NCBI GenBank assembly: GCA_965205945.1
Contig: CBDBIB010000003.1
Coordinates: forward strand, 288,001-352,000
Direction: 5' to 3'
From: Bdellovibrionales bacterium
GTDB lineage: Bacteria; Bdellovibrionota; Bdellovibrionia; Bdellovibrionales; UBA1609
Length of the DNA: 64,000 nucleotides
In this document: positions 20,465 through 29,491 of the stretch, piece after piece
Layout of the letters: each line of letters starts with the position of its first letter
Position numbering within the stretch: position 1 is the first letter of the stretch
The notes under the pieces: generated by a model
Database searches by the model: none
The model's input: only the letters and a program-made list of their open reading frames with translations
What the model was told of the DNA's origin: nothing
Position numbers and translations under genes: made by a program

Positions 20465-21277
20465 ATGAATAAAATCATTCAATTACTATTAATTACAACT
20501 ACCCTATTGAGTTTAGCTGCTTGTGGATCTAGTAGTCCAGATCCTGATTTATGTGTTGGTTCTTCTTGTGGAGCTAGTAAGCCAGATCCTAATCCTAATC
20601 CTAATCCAGACCCTGATTCTGATTTATGTCTTGATTCTTCTCCCACCCCAGGAACCGTGTGTAAGGGTGGAGCAATTTATCTTGGAAGCCTTAGCCCAGG
20701 TGCCACTAATGGTAGTGGAACAGATCGCTATATGACCACCCCTGGGGGTTGTGGAGATATTCCATTAGGAAGTGTTTCAGGAGGTTCGGGGACAAACTCT
20801 TATGCATTAGATGATTTTACAGTGACTTGTTCTGGTACTGATAGTTTACGTAAAAGGTGGAATGGTTCAGATGATTGGTATGATATTCCAGGGCTAGTAA
20901 ACTACACATTAACTACTGGAACTGGTTATGGTGAAATTAATAAAGATGCAAATTACGGTTCAGCGAATACAGATGCAATTGTTGCCATAACTTCACCGGA
21001 TCAAGGGGGTTATCACCCAGCAGCAAGGTACTGTGATAAGCTTGATTATGGTGGTTATGATGATTGGCATTTACCTAACCGCTATGAGCTTAATTTAATG
21101 TACACAAATCGCCTTGTTCTTCCAGGTTTAGATAAGAGGAGTATTAGTGGTATATGGTATTGGTCGTCTACGGAGAACGCTACTGCCTATGCGTGGATCC
21201 AGCGGTTTTATAATGGCCGTCAGGATACCGATGGTAAGGGCGGTTTTCACTTTGTTCGTTGTGTGCGGCGGTTTTGA
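20465..21277 (+). CDS. DUF1566 (Lcl C-terminal / C-type-lectin-fold) lipoprotein; probable DGR target
   Basis: Lipobox LAAC, (PD/PN)n linker, YCDKLDYGGYDDWHLPNRYEL, YWSST...AW...F..G...VRCVRRF. Confidence 0.88.
   Translation: MNKIIQLLLITTTLLSLAACGSSSPDPDLCVGSSCGASKPDPNPNPNPDPDSDLCLDSSPTPGTVCKGGAIYLGSLSPGATNGSGTDRYMTTPGGCGDIPLGSVSGGSGTNSYALDDFTVTCSGTDSLRKRWNGSDDWYDIPGLVNYTLTTGTGYGEINKDANYGSANTDAIVAITSPDQGGYHPAARYCDKLDYGGYDDWHLPNRYELNLMYTNRLVLPGLDKRSISGIWYWSSTENATAYAWIQRFYNGRQDTDGKGGFHFVRCVRRF
21155..21277 (+). other. Putative DGR variable repeat (VR)
   Basis: The final 40 sense codons include none ending in A. Scaffold residues use TCG/ACG/GCG/CGG and loop residues are all NNY. Confidence 0.7.
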
Positions 21278-21309
21278 GGGTTAAAAGGATTCATGAGCCC
21301 TTTAGTTCT

Positions 21310-21346
21310 TTTATCTTAAGGAGGCTTAAAGCCTCCTTAAGATAAA
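21310..21346. terminator. 17-bp perfect hairpin with 3-nt loop (terminator and/or DGR homing hairpin)
   Basis: tttatcttaaggaggct-taa-agcctccttaagataaa, starting 33 bp after the stop. Confidence 0.7.
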
Positions 21347-21353
21347 CTATTTA

Positions 21354-21691
21354 ACCCGAGTTCGGACTTTTCCCAGGATCTAAGTCCTGTATAAATAGAA
21401 GATCACCTTAAGCCTTTTGTAAGATGTAGTTAATTTTTTACTCTGATCTGAAAAAAGGGGCTGGGAATGATCAAAGAGAACCAAATTATAGAGATTTTTA
21501 CTCTTGTTGACGACTTTATTTTAGGACTAATTTACGAACAGCGCAAACTCACACCCAGCAAAAGGAAGAGGGGTTTTCCCTCTGGGTTATCTGAAGTCAT
21601 CACAATTTCTTTGTTGCTCCAGTTTTCTGGTTTCAGAAATTTTAAAACTTTTTATCCAGGGCTTAGGTTCTGGATAAGTTCGAATTCGGGT
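21354..21691 (+). mobile_element. IS982-family truncated derivative (transposase fragment 21467-21694)
   Basis: acccgagttcggactttt ... aagttcgaattcgggt; MIKENQIIEIFTLVDDF...LSEVITISLLLQFSGFRNFKTFY. Confidence 0.88.
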
Positions 21692-22329
21692 TAGATACTA
21701 TCAAGCTGTTTGCAAGGGTGAGCTTTTTTAAATGCATCAAGTTTTAGGCAGTTTTTTTCAATATCTAAAAGCTGTTGAAGGTCTGACATATCAATATCAT
21801 ACCTGTGGGCATTATAAAGCTGTGGAATTAAAAACATATCAGCTGCTGAAGGTTCATCACTTCCTAAAGAAAATAAGGTGTCAGGGGTAAGCTTGGCTTG
21901 ATAGGCTTTTAAACCTTTTTTAATAAAATATTTAGTCCAATCGTTTACTTGTTTTTCACATATATTGTAGTCTTTTTTGAGCTTTTTTAAGACTGTGAGG
22001 TTTTGTAGAGGCTGAGTTCCACTGTTAATGATTTCTATAAGTTCTAAGCATTGCTCAAAATAAGGGAATTCTTTTGGAAAAAGAGGGGATTTAATGTACA
22101 TGCGATCAAGATAGAGAAAGATTGCCGTGCTTTGAGAAAGGGTGATATTTTTATCAATTAGTATAGGAACTTCTTTTTTAGGGTTAAGCTTAGTGTAGTC
22201 TTGAAAAAGATGTTCTCCGCCATTTTTTATAAGATTTATGGGAATGTACTTAAAGGCTAGGTTTTTGTGATTTAGGGCTATTCTAACACGATATGAGCAA
22301 GAGCTCCTATAGTAACTGTAAAGCTTCAT
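21691..22329 (-). CDS. maiA: Maleylacetoacetate isomerase (GST zeta)
   Basis: LYSYYRSSCSYRVRIAL and SGTQPLQNL; divergent from the FAH-family gene. Confidence 0.94.
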   Translation of the reverse strand: MKLYSYYRSSCSYRVRIALNHKNLAFKYIPINLIKNGGEHLFQDYTKLNPKKEVPILIDKNITLSQSTAIFLYLDRMYIKSPLFPKEFPYFEQCLELIEIINSGTQPLQNLTVLKKLKKDYNICEKQVNDWTKYFIKKGLKAYQAKLTPDTLFSLGSDEPSAADMFLIPQLYNAHRYDIDMSDLQQLLDIEKNCLKLDAFKKAHPCKQLDSI

Positions 22330-22381
22330 AATTTGTCCTTTTCAAAGATTTTTGGTATGTCTTATCAAAATAGGAGTATAT

Positions 22382-23359
22382 GTGAAACTAGGAAGTTTAA
22401 AAAGTTCGAATAAAGATGGTCAGCTGGTTGTTGTGAGTAAAGATACAAAAAGGGCTGTTGTGGTTTCTCAAATTTCAGAAACACTTTTAAACGCTATTGA
22501 GAACTGGGAGTTATTAAAGCCTAAGCTTAAGGAAGTTTATACAAATTTAAATAAAGGGACTGTTGAAGGTGAGTTTTTAGTAGATCAAACAAAATTCCAT
22601 TCACCTTTGCCAAGAACTTGGCAGTGGTTAGATGGGTCAGCATTTATTCATCATATTAAGTTGGTGAGAATGGCTAGAAATGCTTCTATGCCAGAAACGT
22701 TAAAAACAGTTCCTTTGATGTATCAAGGGGGAAGCGACGCTTTTTTAGCTCCAACCCAAGATATTCCACAAATTGATTTTTCACATGGAACTGATTTTGA
22801 AGGTGAAGTTGGAGTCATCCTAAAAGATACAAAAATGGGTATAAAAGAAGCTAATGCTTTAAAGAATGTGGCTCTTATTACAATGATTAATGATGTTTCG
22901 TTAAGAGGTTTAATCCCTGCAGAACTTCTTAATGGTTTTGGTTTTATGCAGTCTAAACCATCTAGTGCATTTGGGCCTTTTGCGGTAACACCGGATGAGC
23001 TTGGTGATGCGTGGATTAATGGTAAAATTGAATTGCCGCTCCATGTTAAATTAAATGATGATTTTTTTGGTAAAGCTAATGGAAAGGAAATGTTTTTTGG
23101 TTTTGGAAGGCTTATTGAGCATGCTGCAAAAACTAGAGATCTAATGGCAGGGACAGTTATTGGGAGTGGAACAATTTCTAATGAAAATACTGAGATGGGT
23201 TCTAGTTGTTTGGCTGAAAAAAGAATGCTTGAGAAAATTAATGATGGGGAGTTTAAAACTCCATTTATGAAAGACGGAGACCGTGTGAAAATGGAGATGT
23301 TTGATCAAGAGGGTAATTCTTTGTTTGGTCAAATTAACCAGAAGGTTTTAAAAGTTTAG
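22382..23359 (+). CDS. Fumarylacetoacetate hydrolase family protein (probable fumarylacetoacetase)
   Basis: GTG start with AGGAG SD; PLMYQGGSD, DFEGE, NDVSLR, QSKPSSAF; homogentisate pathway context. Confidence 0.9.
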   Translation: MKLGSLKSSNKDGQLVVVSKDTKRAVVVSQISETLLNAIENWELLKPKLKEVYTNLNKGTVEGEFLVDQTKFHSPLPRTWQWLDGSAFIHHIKLVRMARNASMPETLKTVPLMYQGGSDAFLAPTQDIPQIDFSHGTDFEGEVGVILKDTKMGIKEANALKNVALITMINDVSLRGLIPAELLNGFGFMQSKPSSAFGPFAVTPDELGDAWINGKIELPLHVKLNDDFFGKANGKEMFFGFGRLIEHAAKTRDLMAGTVIGSGTISNENTEMGSSCLAEKRMLEKINDGEFKTPFMKDGDRVKMEMFDQEGNSLFGQINQKVLKV

Positions 23360-23908
23360 ATGTTAAAATTATTTTTAATAAAAACCGAAATCTCGTTATT
23401 AAAATCTTAGGCCTTTGGGTTTAGAGAGAAAACTCTTTTTTTAGAGTTAGAGATTTAAGAGAATAAAAACAGAGTGTTGTTAGAGTTTTTAGTGAGTTAA
23501 TCTAGGGGGCTTAGCGTAAGAAATTTGCTTGCTGGGGCGTGTGAGGGATCAGCCAGAGTTCTTGTCTATTTAAAGTGTTGTAAATATCTCCTTAGCCATA
23601 GATAATAAAGGAATTAAAGAGTCTTCCTTAAAAAAAGAATCTAAAATTATAAACTCTACAAAGACTAGTGATTCTTTAATTATAAAACAAACTGCTCTTA
23701 AAAAAAAGAATATAAAAAACAAAGAAGCTTCATACAAAGTTGATCCAAAGGATTTTAAACAAACCCTTATCCAGGGTAAAACAAAAACAAAAAATGTTGT
23801 AAAAAAAATAAAAATATAACTAGAAGTTTAACATCTTTAATAAATAATAAAGCTCTTTTAAAAGAAGCTTTATTAGATGATAATAATAAAGATTCTATAT
23901 TTTATGGA

Positions 23909-24895
23909 ATGACAGATCTTCAAAAAAGCTTATGTAAGAAGGTTCTTAAATCTGGAGATGAGAAGGGAATTAGGGCTGCGTGCCTTCAATCAATAAATGC
24001 TGCATGGTTTCTGGATCGAGACAATTCTATGTCTGATGTAAATGATGATGCAAGCAAAGCACTTTATATATTATCAAGCAAAAGAGGACGAGTAGTGCTT
24101 ACTCAAATTTGTCCTGGAGTTTTTGTAACTGTAGCACATGCAGCAATTTCTAATAAGGTTTTATCTTATAAAGGGGAAGCTTTAAAAAAATTTTTAGCAA
24201 GTAGGGCTGGAGAAAGAATTAGAATTTATTCTTTTCCTTACACACGAGGCAAATATTTTAACGGAGAGTCTATAAACTTTGAGTATTTTGGAGAACGCTT
24301 AAGTAAACCTGAAGCTTTTAATAACCCTTTTGATGGCTATTTAATATTAAAATTAAAACCATTAGAGGCAAAAGCCTACGCAAAATCTAAGGGGTTTAGG
24401 TACAATCCTGAGTATTATATTACCCCAGTGTCAGCTTTTGCTGAAAAAATTAAAAGGGCTTCTGATAATAAAGAAATTGATATTCACCTTTATAGAGGAA
24501 GAACACGGTTTAATTTTGATAACGAAGCTAAAACTCCTGTTATTAATGAGGAAGGTCACTTTTAGGCAAGGACTATGTCACCATTTTTAAGTAAGATTTT
24601 TGATGTACCTCAAAGAGTTAATGTACGGTGTGAAATTGGATTTGGTGGCAGGAATTTTATAAGACATTCATGTCCAACAGAAAATGGAGTGTTTTCGAGT
24701 CCTTATATTTTTAAAAAGAATAAAAAGTTTTATTTAGTTGGTATTCATCACAGCGGAAACGGTAGGCGTGAAGAAAAATTTTATAATAATCATAATGGAA
24801 GTGCTACTTGCTTACTATCTGCTGCTTTTTGTAAAGATTATGAAAAAGCTTGTGGTAAACCCTGCTTAACTTTAGAAAAAGTGCTTTCTATATAA
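23909..24895 (+). pseudogene. Degenerate trypsin-like serine protease split by an in-frame TAG (24563-24565)
   Basis: Both ORFs are in one frame. ICPGVFVTVAH resembles the His motif, CPTENGVFSSP is a degenerate GxSGSP, followed by YLVGIH. The upstream Lys-rich region is frameshifted. Confidence 0.6.
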
Positions 24896-25493
24896 AAACT
24901 TAACTCTTATGTATTATTTATCTGACAATCTAGAGTTAAATTTTTGTTTTTTAAAGACTCTGAGCCTGCAACTATGTGAAAATATAAACTCTTTGAGGTA
25001 CATCAAATAAGTGTAAATTTAGAAGAAAATAGGGTAAATCAATTCTGGTCTTTCCAAATGGAGAATGTGGCACTCATCATTGAGAGCTGCAACTTTAAAT
25101 GTGCAGGACAGCCTTTATATTTTAGGGCCAATGAGGCATTGTTGCCTTCATGGGCTTTACTGAGATCTTCTCCATTTGCATCCATAAGAATTTGATGTGG
25201 GGAATGAGCTTAGCTCTTAAGTACATAAGTGGTCTGCTTGATCTTTTAGTGATTAGCTCTCCATGATCTAAGAGCTTTCCTTTTTCAATTTTACAAGCTG
25301 TCTCACATGTAGATAGTACGGCTATTAGGTAATTATCAACTTCTTGGTGTTTCATATATGGTCTAGACTCTAGACCAAGTGAGAGTCTCATAAAACGCCA
25401 CACAGCCTCTCGGTATTGTAATAATGGGTCAATTCGGTCAATTCGAATTAATGCGGAATAAATTTAAATTTTTTAATAGTTTATTCCGATAAT

Positions 25494-27203
25494 ATGATTA
25501 TGGGTGTAAGTAAGAAAAGTAGCTCATCAAAAAAGATACAAGAAAATATAGGCGAAACAAGTCTATTTGAGAAAGTTTGTACACATGAGCTTTTCTCTAA
25601 AATTCCTGAAATGTGTTTGCCTTATTCTGTAAAATCTAATTCAAAAGGTAAAATTTTTTATTTAAATGAAAATTTTTGCTATGAGCTAGGAATACTTGGT
25701 AAAAATTTTTCAGGAAAAGATTTAAGTTTTTTAAAAAAAGAAATTCTTGAGTTTTTTAATTTACAAATTATAAACGATTATGATAGATTAAATCATACAA
25801 GCATCAGTTCAGAAAATGTTAAACCTTATTTTTGTTTTGCAACAAGGTACCTACAACTCCAACATAAAAGCACTTTAGGAAAAACCTCTGGAGATGGCAG
25901 AGCTATTTGGAACGGAACGATTTCAAACAAGGGAAAGGTTTGGGATATAAGTTCACGGGGAACAGGGGTGACCTCTTTAGCTCCTGGAATAGTTGAGGCG
26001 GGAAAACCTTTACCCACAGGAACAACTGAATATGGTTATTCTTGTGGACTTTCTGAATTAAAAGAAATTTATACCTCTATTATAATGAGTGAGCGTTTTT
26101 ATAAATTAGGTTTTTCAACTGAACGTATTATTGCAGGTATTGATATTGGAAATGGTTATGGTGTTTGTGTTAGAGCTTCCGAAAACTTAATTAGACCAGC
26201 GCATCTTTTTAGGTATTTAAAGTTAAATGATCATAATGGGTCTAAAATTCTTTTAGATCATATTATTGATAGAGATTTTAAAAATAAAAAAATAGATTTT
26301 AATACTCAAGATAAAAACTGCTATGATAAGTATTTAGAGTATTTTTGTGAAAACTTTATAGCCTTATGCGCTAAAAGTAAATACCTAGAAGTTTTTGTAT
26401 GGCTTGATTGGGATGGTGATAATATTCTTATTGATGGTGGTATAATTGATTATGGGAGTGTTCGGCATTTTGGTGCACATCACAATAAGTATAAATATAA
26501 TGATGATGGACGTTATTCCACAAATTTAGATGAGCAAATTAAAAAAACTCAGTTCACTGTTCAAGTTTTTTGTCAACTTGTTGATTTTGTTAAAACCTCT
26601 GAAAAAAAGCCTCTTAATATCTTTAAAAATAATGCTCTTATTAAAAATTTTAATAAAATGGTTTTTAAAAAAGAAATTTCATATTTTTTAAAAGATTTAG
26701 GGCTTTCAAAATTAAAAATTAAGAGGGCTCTTTCTTGGCATAGTAAAAAATCTCGTGTACTTTATGAATCTTTTTTAAAACTTAAGCAAAAAAAAGCCTC
26801 TAAAACCATGCCCTGTGCTGATGGTCTTAATGCTTGGCCTGTTTTTAATGTAAATCATATGCTATCTGATCTTAAAAATATTTCTAAAGAATCTGATCTT
26901 GATAAATTTAAAACTGAATTTACTAGTTTCACACATAATAAAAACATTTCTAAGTTAGAAGTTCTTAATTTTATAAAACAGGTTGAGGATTTAGAGAGTG
27001 ACATAAAATTTAAATTCAAGTACTTAGGAGATGCAAAAATTAGGCTTACAACAGCAGCTATTTTACATATTGTAGATTTAATTGCAGACTCCAAATCTGA
27101 AGCTGAAAAGCAAAAAAAACTTAATTCTTGCATAGAATATGGTTATTCAAAAAATAACTCTTGGATCACTGCAATTAAAGACCTTTACCGCGATGAGTTG
27201 TAG
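25494..27203 (+). CDS. SelO/YdiU-like protein adenylyltransferase (pseudokinase fold), divergent
   Basis: SGDGRA, SSRGTG (cf. KGAG) and DGDNILIDGGIIDYG (cf. NTDNM...IDYGP). Confidence 0.7.
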   Translation: MIMGVSKKSSSSKKIQENIGETSLFEKVCTHELFSKIPEMCLPYSVKSNSKGKIFYLNENFCYELGILGKNFSGKDLSFLKKEILEFFNLQIINDYDRLNHTSISSENVKPYFCFATRYLQLQHKSTLGKTSGDGRAIWNGTISNKGKVWDISSRGTGVTSLAPGIVEAGKPLPTGTTEYGYSCGLSELKEIYTSIIMSERFYKLGFSTERIIAGIDIGNGYGVCVRASENLIRPAHLFRYLKLNDHNGSKILLDHIIDRDFKNKKIDFNTQDKNCYDKYLEYFCENFIALCAKSKYLEVFVWLDWDGDNILIDGGIIDYGSVRHFGAHHNKYKYNDDGRYSTNLDEQIKKTQFTVQVFCQLVDFVKTSEKKPLNIFKNNALIKNFNKMVFKKEISYFLKDLGLSKLKIKRALSWHSKKSRVLYESFLKLKQKKASKTMPCADGLNAWPVFNVNHMLSDLKNISKESDLDKFKTEFTSFTHNKNISKLEVLNFIKQVEDLESDIKFKFKYLGDAKIRLTTAAILHIVDLIADSKSEAEKQKKLNSCIEYGYSKNNSWITAIKDLYRDEL

Positions 27204-27275
27204 CTTAAAGTTGGTTTAATCCCTTACAGTATTGCTAATATTGCATTTAAATATTTCTCAAAGTAAAGATAGCTT

Positions 27276-28700
27276 ATGAGAGAAATTCCAAATCATCTAT
27301 TAAGGTATACGGTAGAGCAAGATTATTCGCTCTATACTTTTGAAGATCAAGCTGTTTGGCGCTTTATTATGAGACAACTTTTTTCTTATTTAAAAGACTA
27401 TGCTCATCCATCTTATGTTCAAGGGCTTAAAAAAACAGGTATTCGTATTGATACTATTCCTAATATATTAGAAATGGATAAAATGTTGTCTAGCTTTGGA
27501 TGGAGAGCTGTTCCTGTGAGTGGTTTCATTCCTCCAGTAGCATTCATGTCTTTTCAGGCTCATAAAATATTGCCTATTGCTTGTGAAATGAGATCCATTG
27601 AGCACATTTTATACACTCCAGCACCAGATATTGTTCATGAAGCCGCTGGACATGCTCCTATACTTATTGATAAAGATTTTACAGAATATCTTAATGCCTA
27701 TGCAAGCATTGCGCAAAAAGCAATCATAAGTTCTGAAGATATAGCATTATATGAGGCAATTAGAGATCTTAGCGATTTAAAAGAAGCATGTAAAAGTAGG
27801 GTGCAAGAAATTAAAAAAGCTAAAGATCATTTAAATAAGACTATAAAGAATATGACGTATGTTTCTGAAGCACAGTTGTTAGGGCGCATGAACTGGTGGA
27901 CTGCTGAGTATGGTTTAATTGGGGAGCTTTTAAATCCTAAACTCTTTGGTGCAGGCCTACTCTCCTCAATTAGTGAAGCACGAAATGCGCTTACTAAGCC
28001 TAAGCTTATAGAGTTTAATATAAACTGTCTAAACTTTTCTTATGATATTACAGAGCCCCAACCCCAGCTTTTTGTAGCTAAGAATTTTGAGTCTTTGATT
28101 TCTTCTTTAAAAAAAATGAGCACCTCTATGGCTTTTGTCCTTGGAGGAGAGCAGGGGCTTAGGAAGGCAAAAAAAGCAAAGTCAGTCTGTACAGTTGAAA
28201 CTTCTAGTGGTGAATCGTATAGTGGAATCATTTTGGATTATTCTTTAGATAAAGATCAAAATATTCTTTCTTTAAAAGTTCAATCCCCATGTTTAAAAAA
28301 TAACACTAAACTTATTAAAGAAGATTGTTTTTTTAAGTTTAATCAGATTACGAAAGTGACTTCTGTTTATGGAGGCCCTTCTTCTTATATTAAGTACCCA
28401 GAGTTTGAAGATTTTGCGGCGAAAAAAGTTTCTAAAAACCCTATTAAAAATAATGAAACTGAAGAGCTTTTAAAAGATATTAGAAATCTTAGAACTTTAA
28501 ACAACTTGGATTCTAAAAAAATTAAAGAACTTAAAGCTCGTTACTTTAAACACTCTAGCAACCACTGGCTTGCAGGTCTTGAAATTTTAGAGCTTGAAAA
28601 TTCTGGTACTCTAAGAGCTCATCTATTGGATTTTAAAAAAACCTGTAAAAGTCCTGACACTCAAGAGTGTATTGGGCTAGGTCTTTATCTAGTTTCTTAG
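27276..28700 (+). CDS. phhA: Aromatic amino acid (phenylalanine 4-) hydroxylase, long form
   Basis: YTPAPDIVHEAAGH, WWTAEYGLI, GAGLLSS and YDITEPQPQLFV. Confidence 0.92.
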   Translation: MREIPNHLLRYTVEQDYSLYTFEDQAVWRFIMRQLFSYLKDYAHPSYVQGLKKTGIRIDTIPNILEMDKMLSSFGWRAVPVSGFIPPVAFMSFQAHKILPIACEMRSIEHILYTPAPDIVHEAAGHAPILIDKDFTEYLNAYASIAQKAIISSEDIALYEAIRDLSDLKEACKSRVQEIKKAKDHLNKTIKNMTYVSEAQLLGRMNWWTAEYGLIGELLNPKLFGAGLLSSISEARNALTKPKLIEFNINCLNFSYDITEPQPQLFVAKNFESLISSLKKMSTSMAFVLGGEQGLRKAKKAKSVCTVETSSGESYSGIILDYSLDKDQNILSLKVQSPCLKNNTKLIKEDCFFKFNQITKVTSVYGGPSSYIKYPEFEDFAAKKVSKNPIKNNETEELLKDIRNLRTLNNLDSKKIKELKARYFKHSSNHWLAGLEILELENSGTLRAHLLDFKKTCKSPDTQECIGLGLYLVS

Positions 28701-29486
28701 ATGGCTAATTTTCAAAATTTATATATCCATACGGTTTTAGTCAGACCCATTTACTCGGGCAACGTAGGTCAGGCTGTAAGGGCGACAATGAATATGGGGT
28801 ATGGTAAACTCTTTTTAATTAATCCTCAGTGTGAGGTTAATATGTTTGCAAGAAAGGGTGCTGCTGGAGCTCAAAAAGAATTAAAAGAACATACCGTTTA
28901 TAATAACTGGGAGGAGTTTAATAATGCTCATCCAGGTAGTTTTAGAATAGGTTTAACTAGGCGTATAGGAAAGAATCGAAAACTTTTTTCATTTGAAACT
29001 GGGGTTGAAAATTTTTTTGAATCACTTATAGATAAAAAAGAAAAAACTTCCATGTTTAAAAAAGAATTCTTTTTAGTATTTGGCCCTGAGGATCATGGTC
29101 TAGCTACAAAGGATCTAGACTCAGTTAATATTTCTTGCTACTTGCCTTTGTATGGGGACTTTAAAAGTTTAAACCTTTCTCAGGCTACTCTTTTGTCTCA
29201 ATATATTGCTCACTCTGTATATTTTAATAAATTCTCAAAAAAATTTAAAATGACTTTTAAAAATAAGGAAAAAGAGGATTTTTTTAAAAATGCTGTTAGT
29301 GAAGAATTCTTTCCTGATGAGGTTCTTTTTTTATGGCTTAAGAGTATAGGTTTTAAAATAGATTTTAAAAAAATGAATGCTTTTAAAACCATTAAGAGAA
29401 TGATTCTTAGGGGTTTTCCAAGTCAAAAAGAGCTTACAACTTTTGAAAAAGCCTTAAGGCAAGCTATAAAATTAATTAAAAAATAA
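28701..29486 (+). CDS. TrmJ/TrmH (SpoU) family RNA methyltransferase
   Basis: LVRP..SGNVG...R...NMG, LVFGPEDHGL and SLNLSQA. Confidence 0.9.
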   Translation: MANFQNLYIHTVLVRPIYSGNVGQAVRATMNMGYGKLFLINPQCEVNMFARKGAAGAQKELKEHTVYNNWEEFNNAHPGSFRIGLTRRIGKNRKLFSFETGVENFFESLIDKKEKTSMFKKEFFLVFGPEDHGLATKDLDSVNISCYLPLYGDFKSLNLSQATLLSQYIAHSVYFNKFSKKFKMTFKNKEKEDFFKNAVSEEFFPDEVLFLWLKSIGFKIDFKKMNAFKTIKRMILRGFPSQKELTTFEKALRQAIKLIKK

Positions 29487-29491
29487 ATTAT

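Noticed and set aside
24563..24565. Programmed TAG read-through or pyrrolysine
   Set aside because: The surrounding region is otherwise degenerate, TAG ends many normal genes, and no pyl genes are seen.
25122..25403. 93-aa ORF with faint resemblance to an ABC ATPase tail (LSTCETACKIEKGKLLDHG)
   Set aside because: No Walker or signature motifs and no clear RBS. It may be pseudogene debris, but I cannot support a call.
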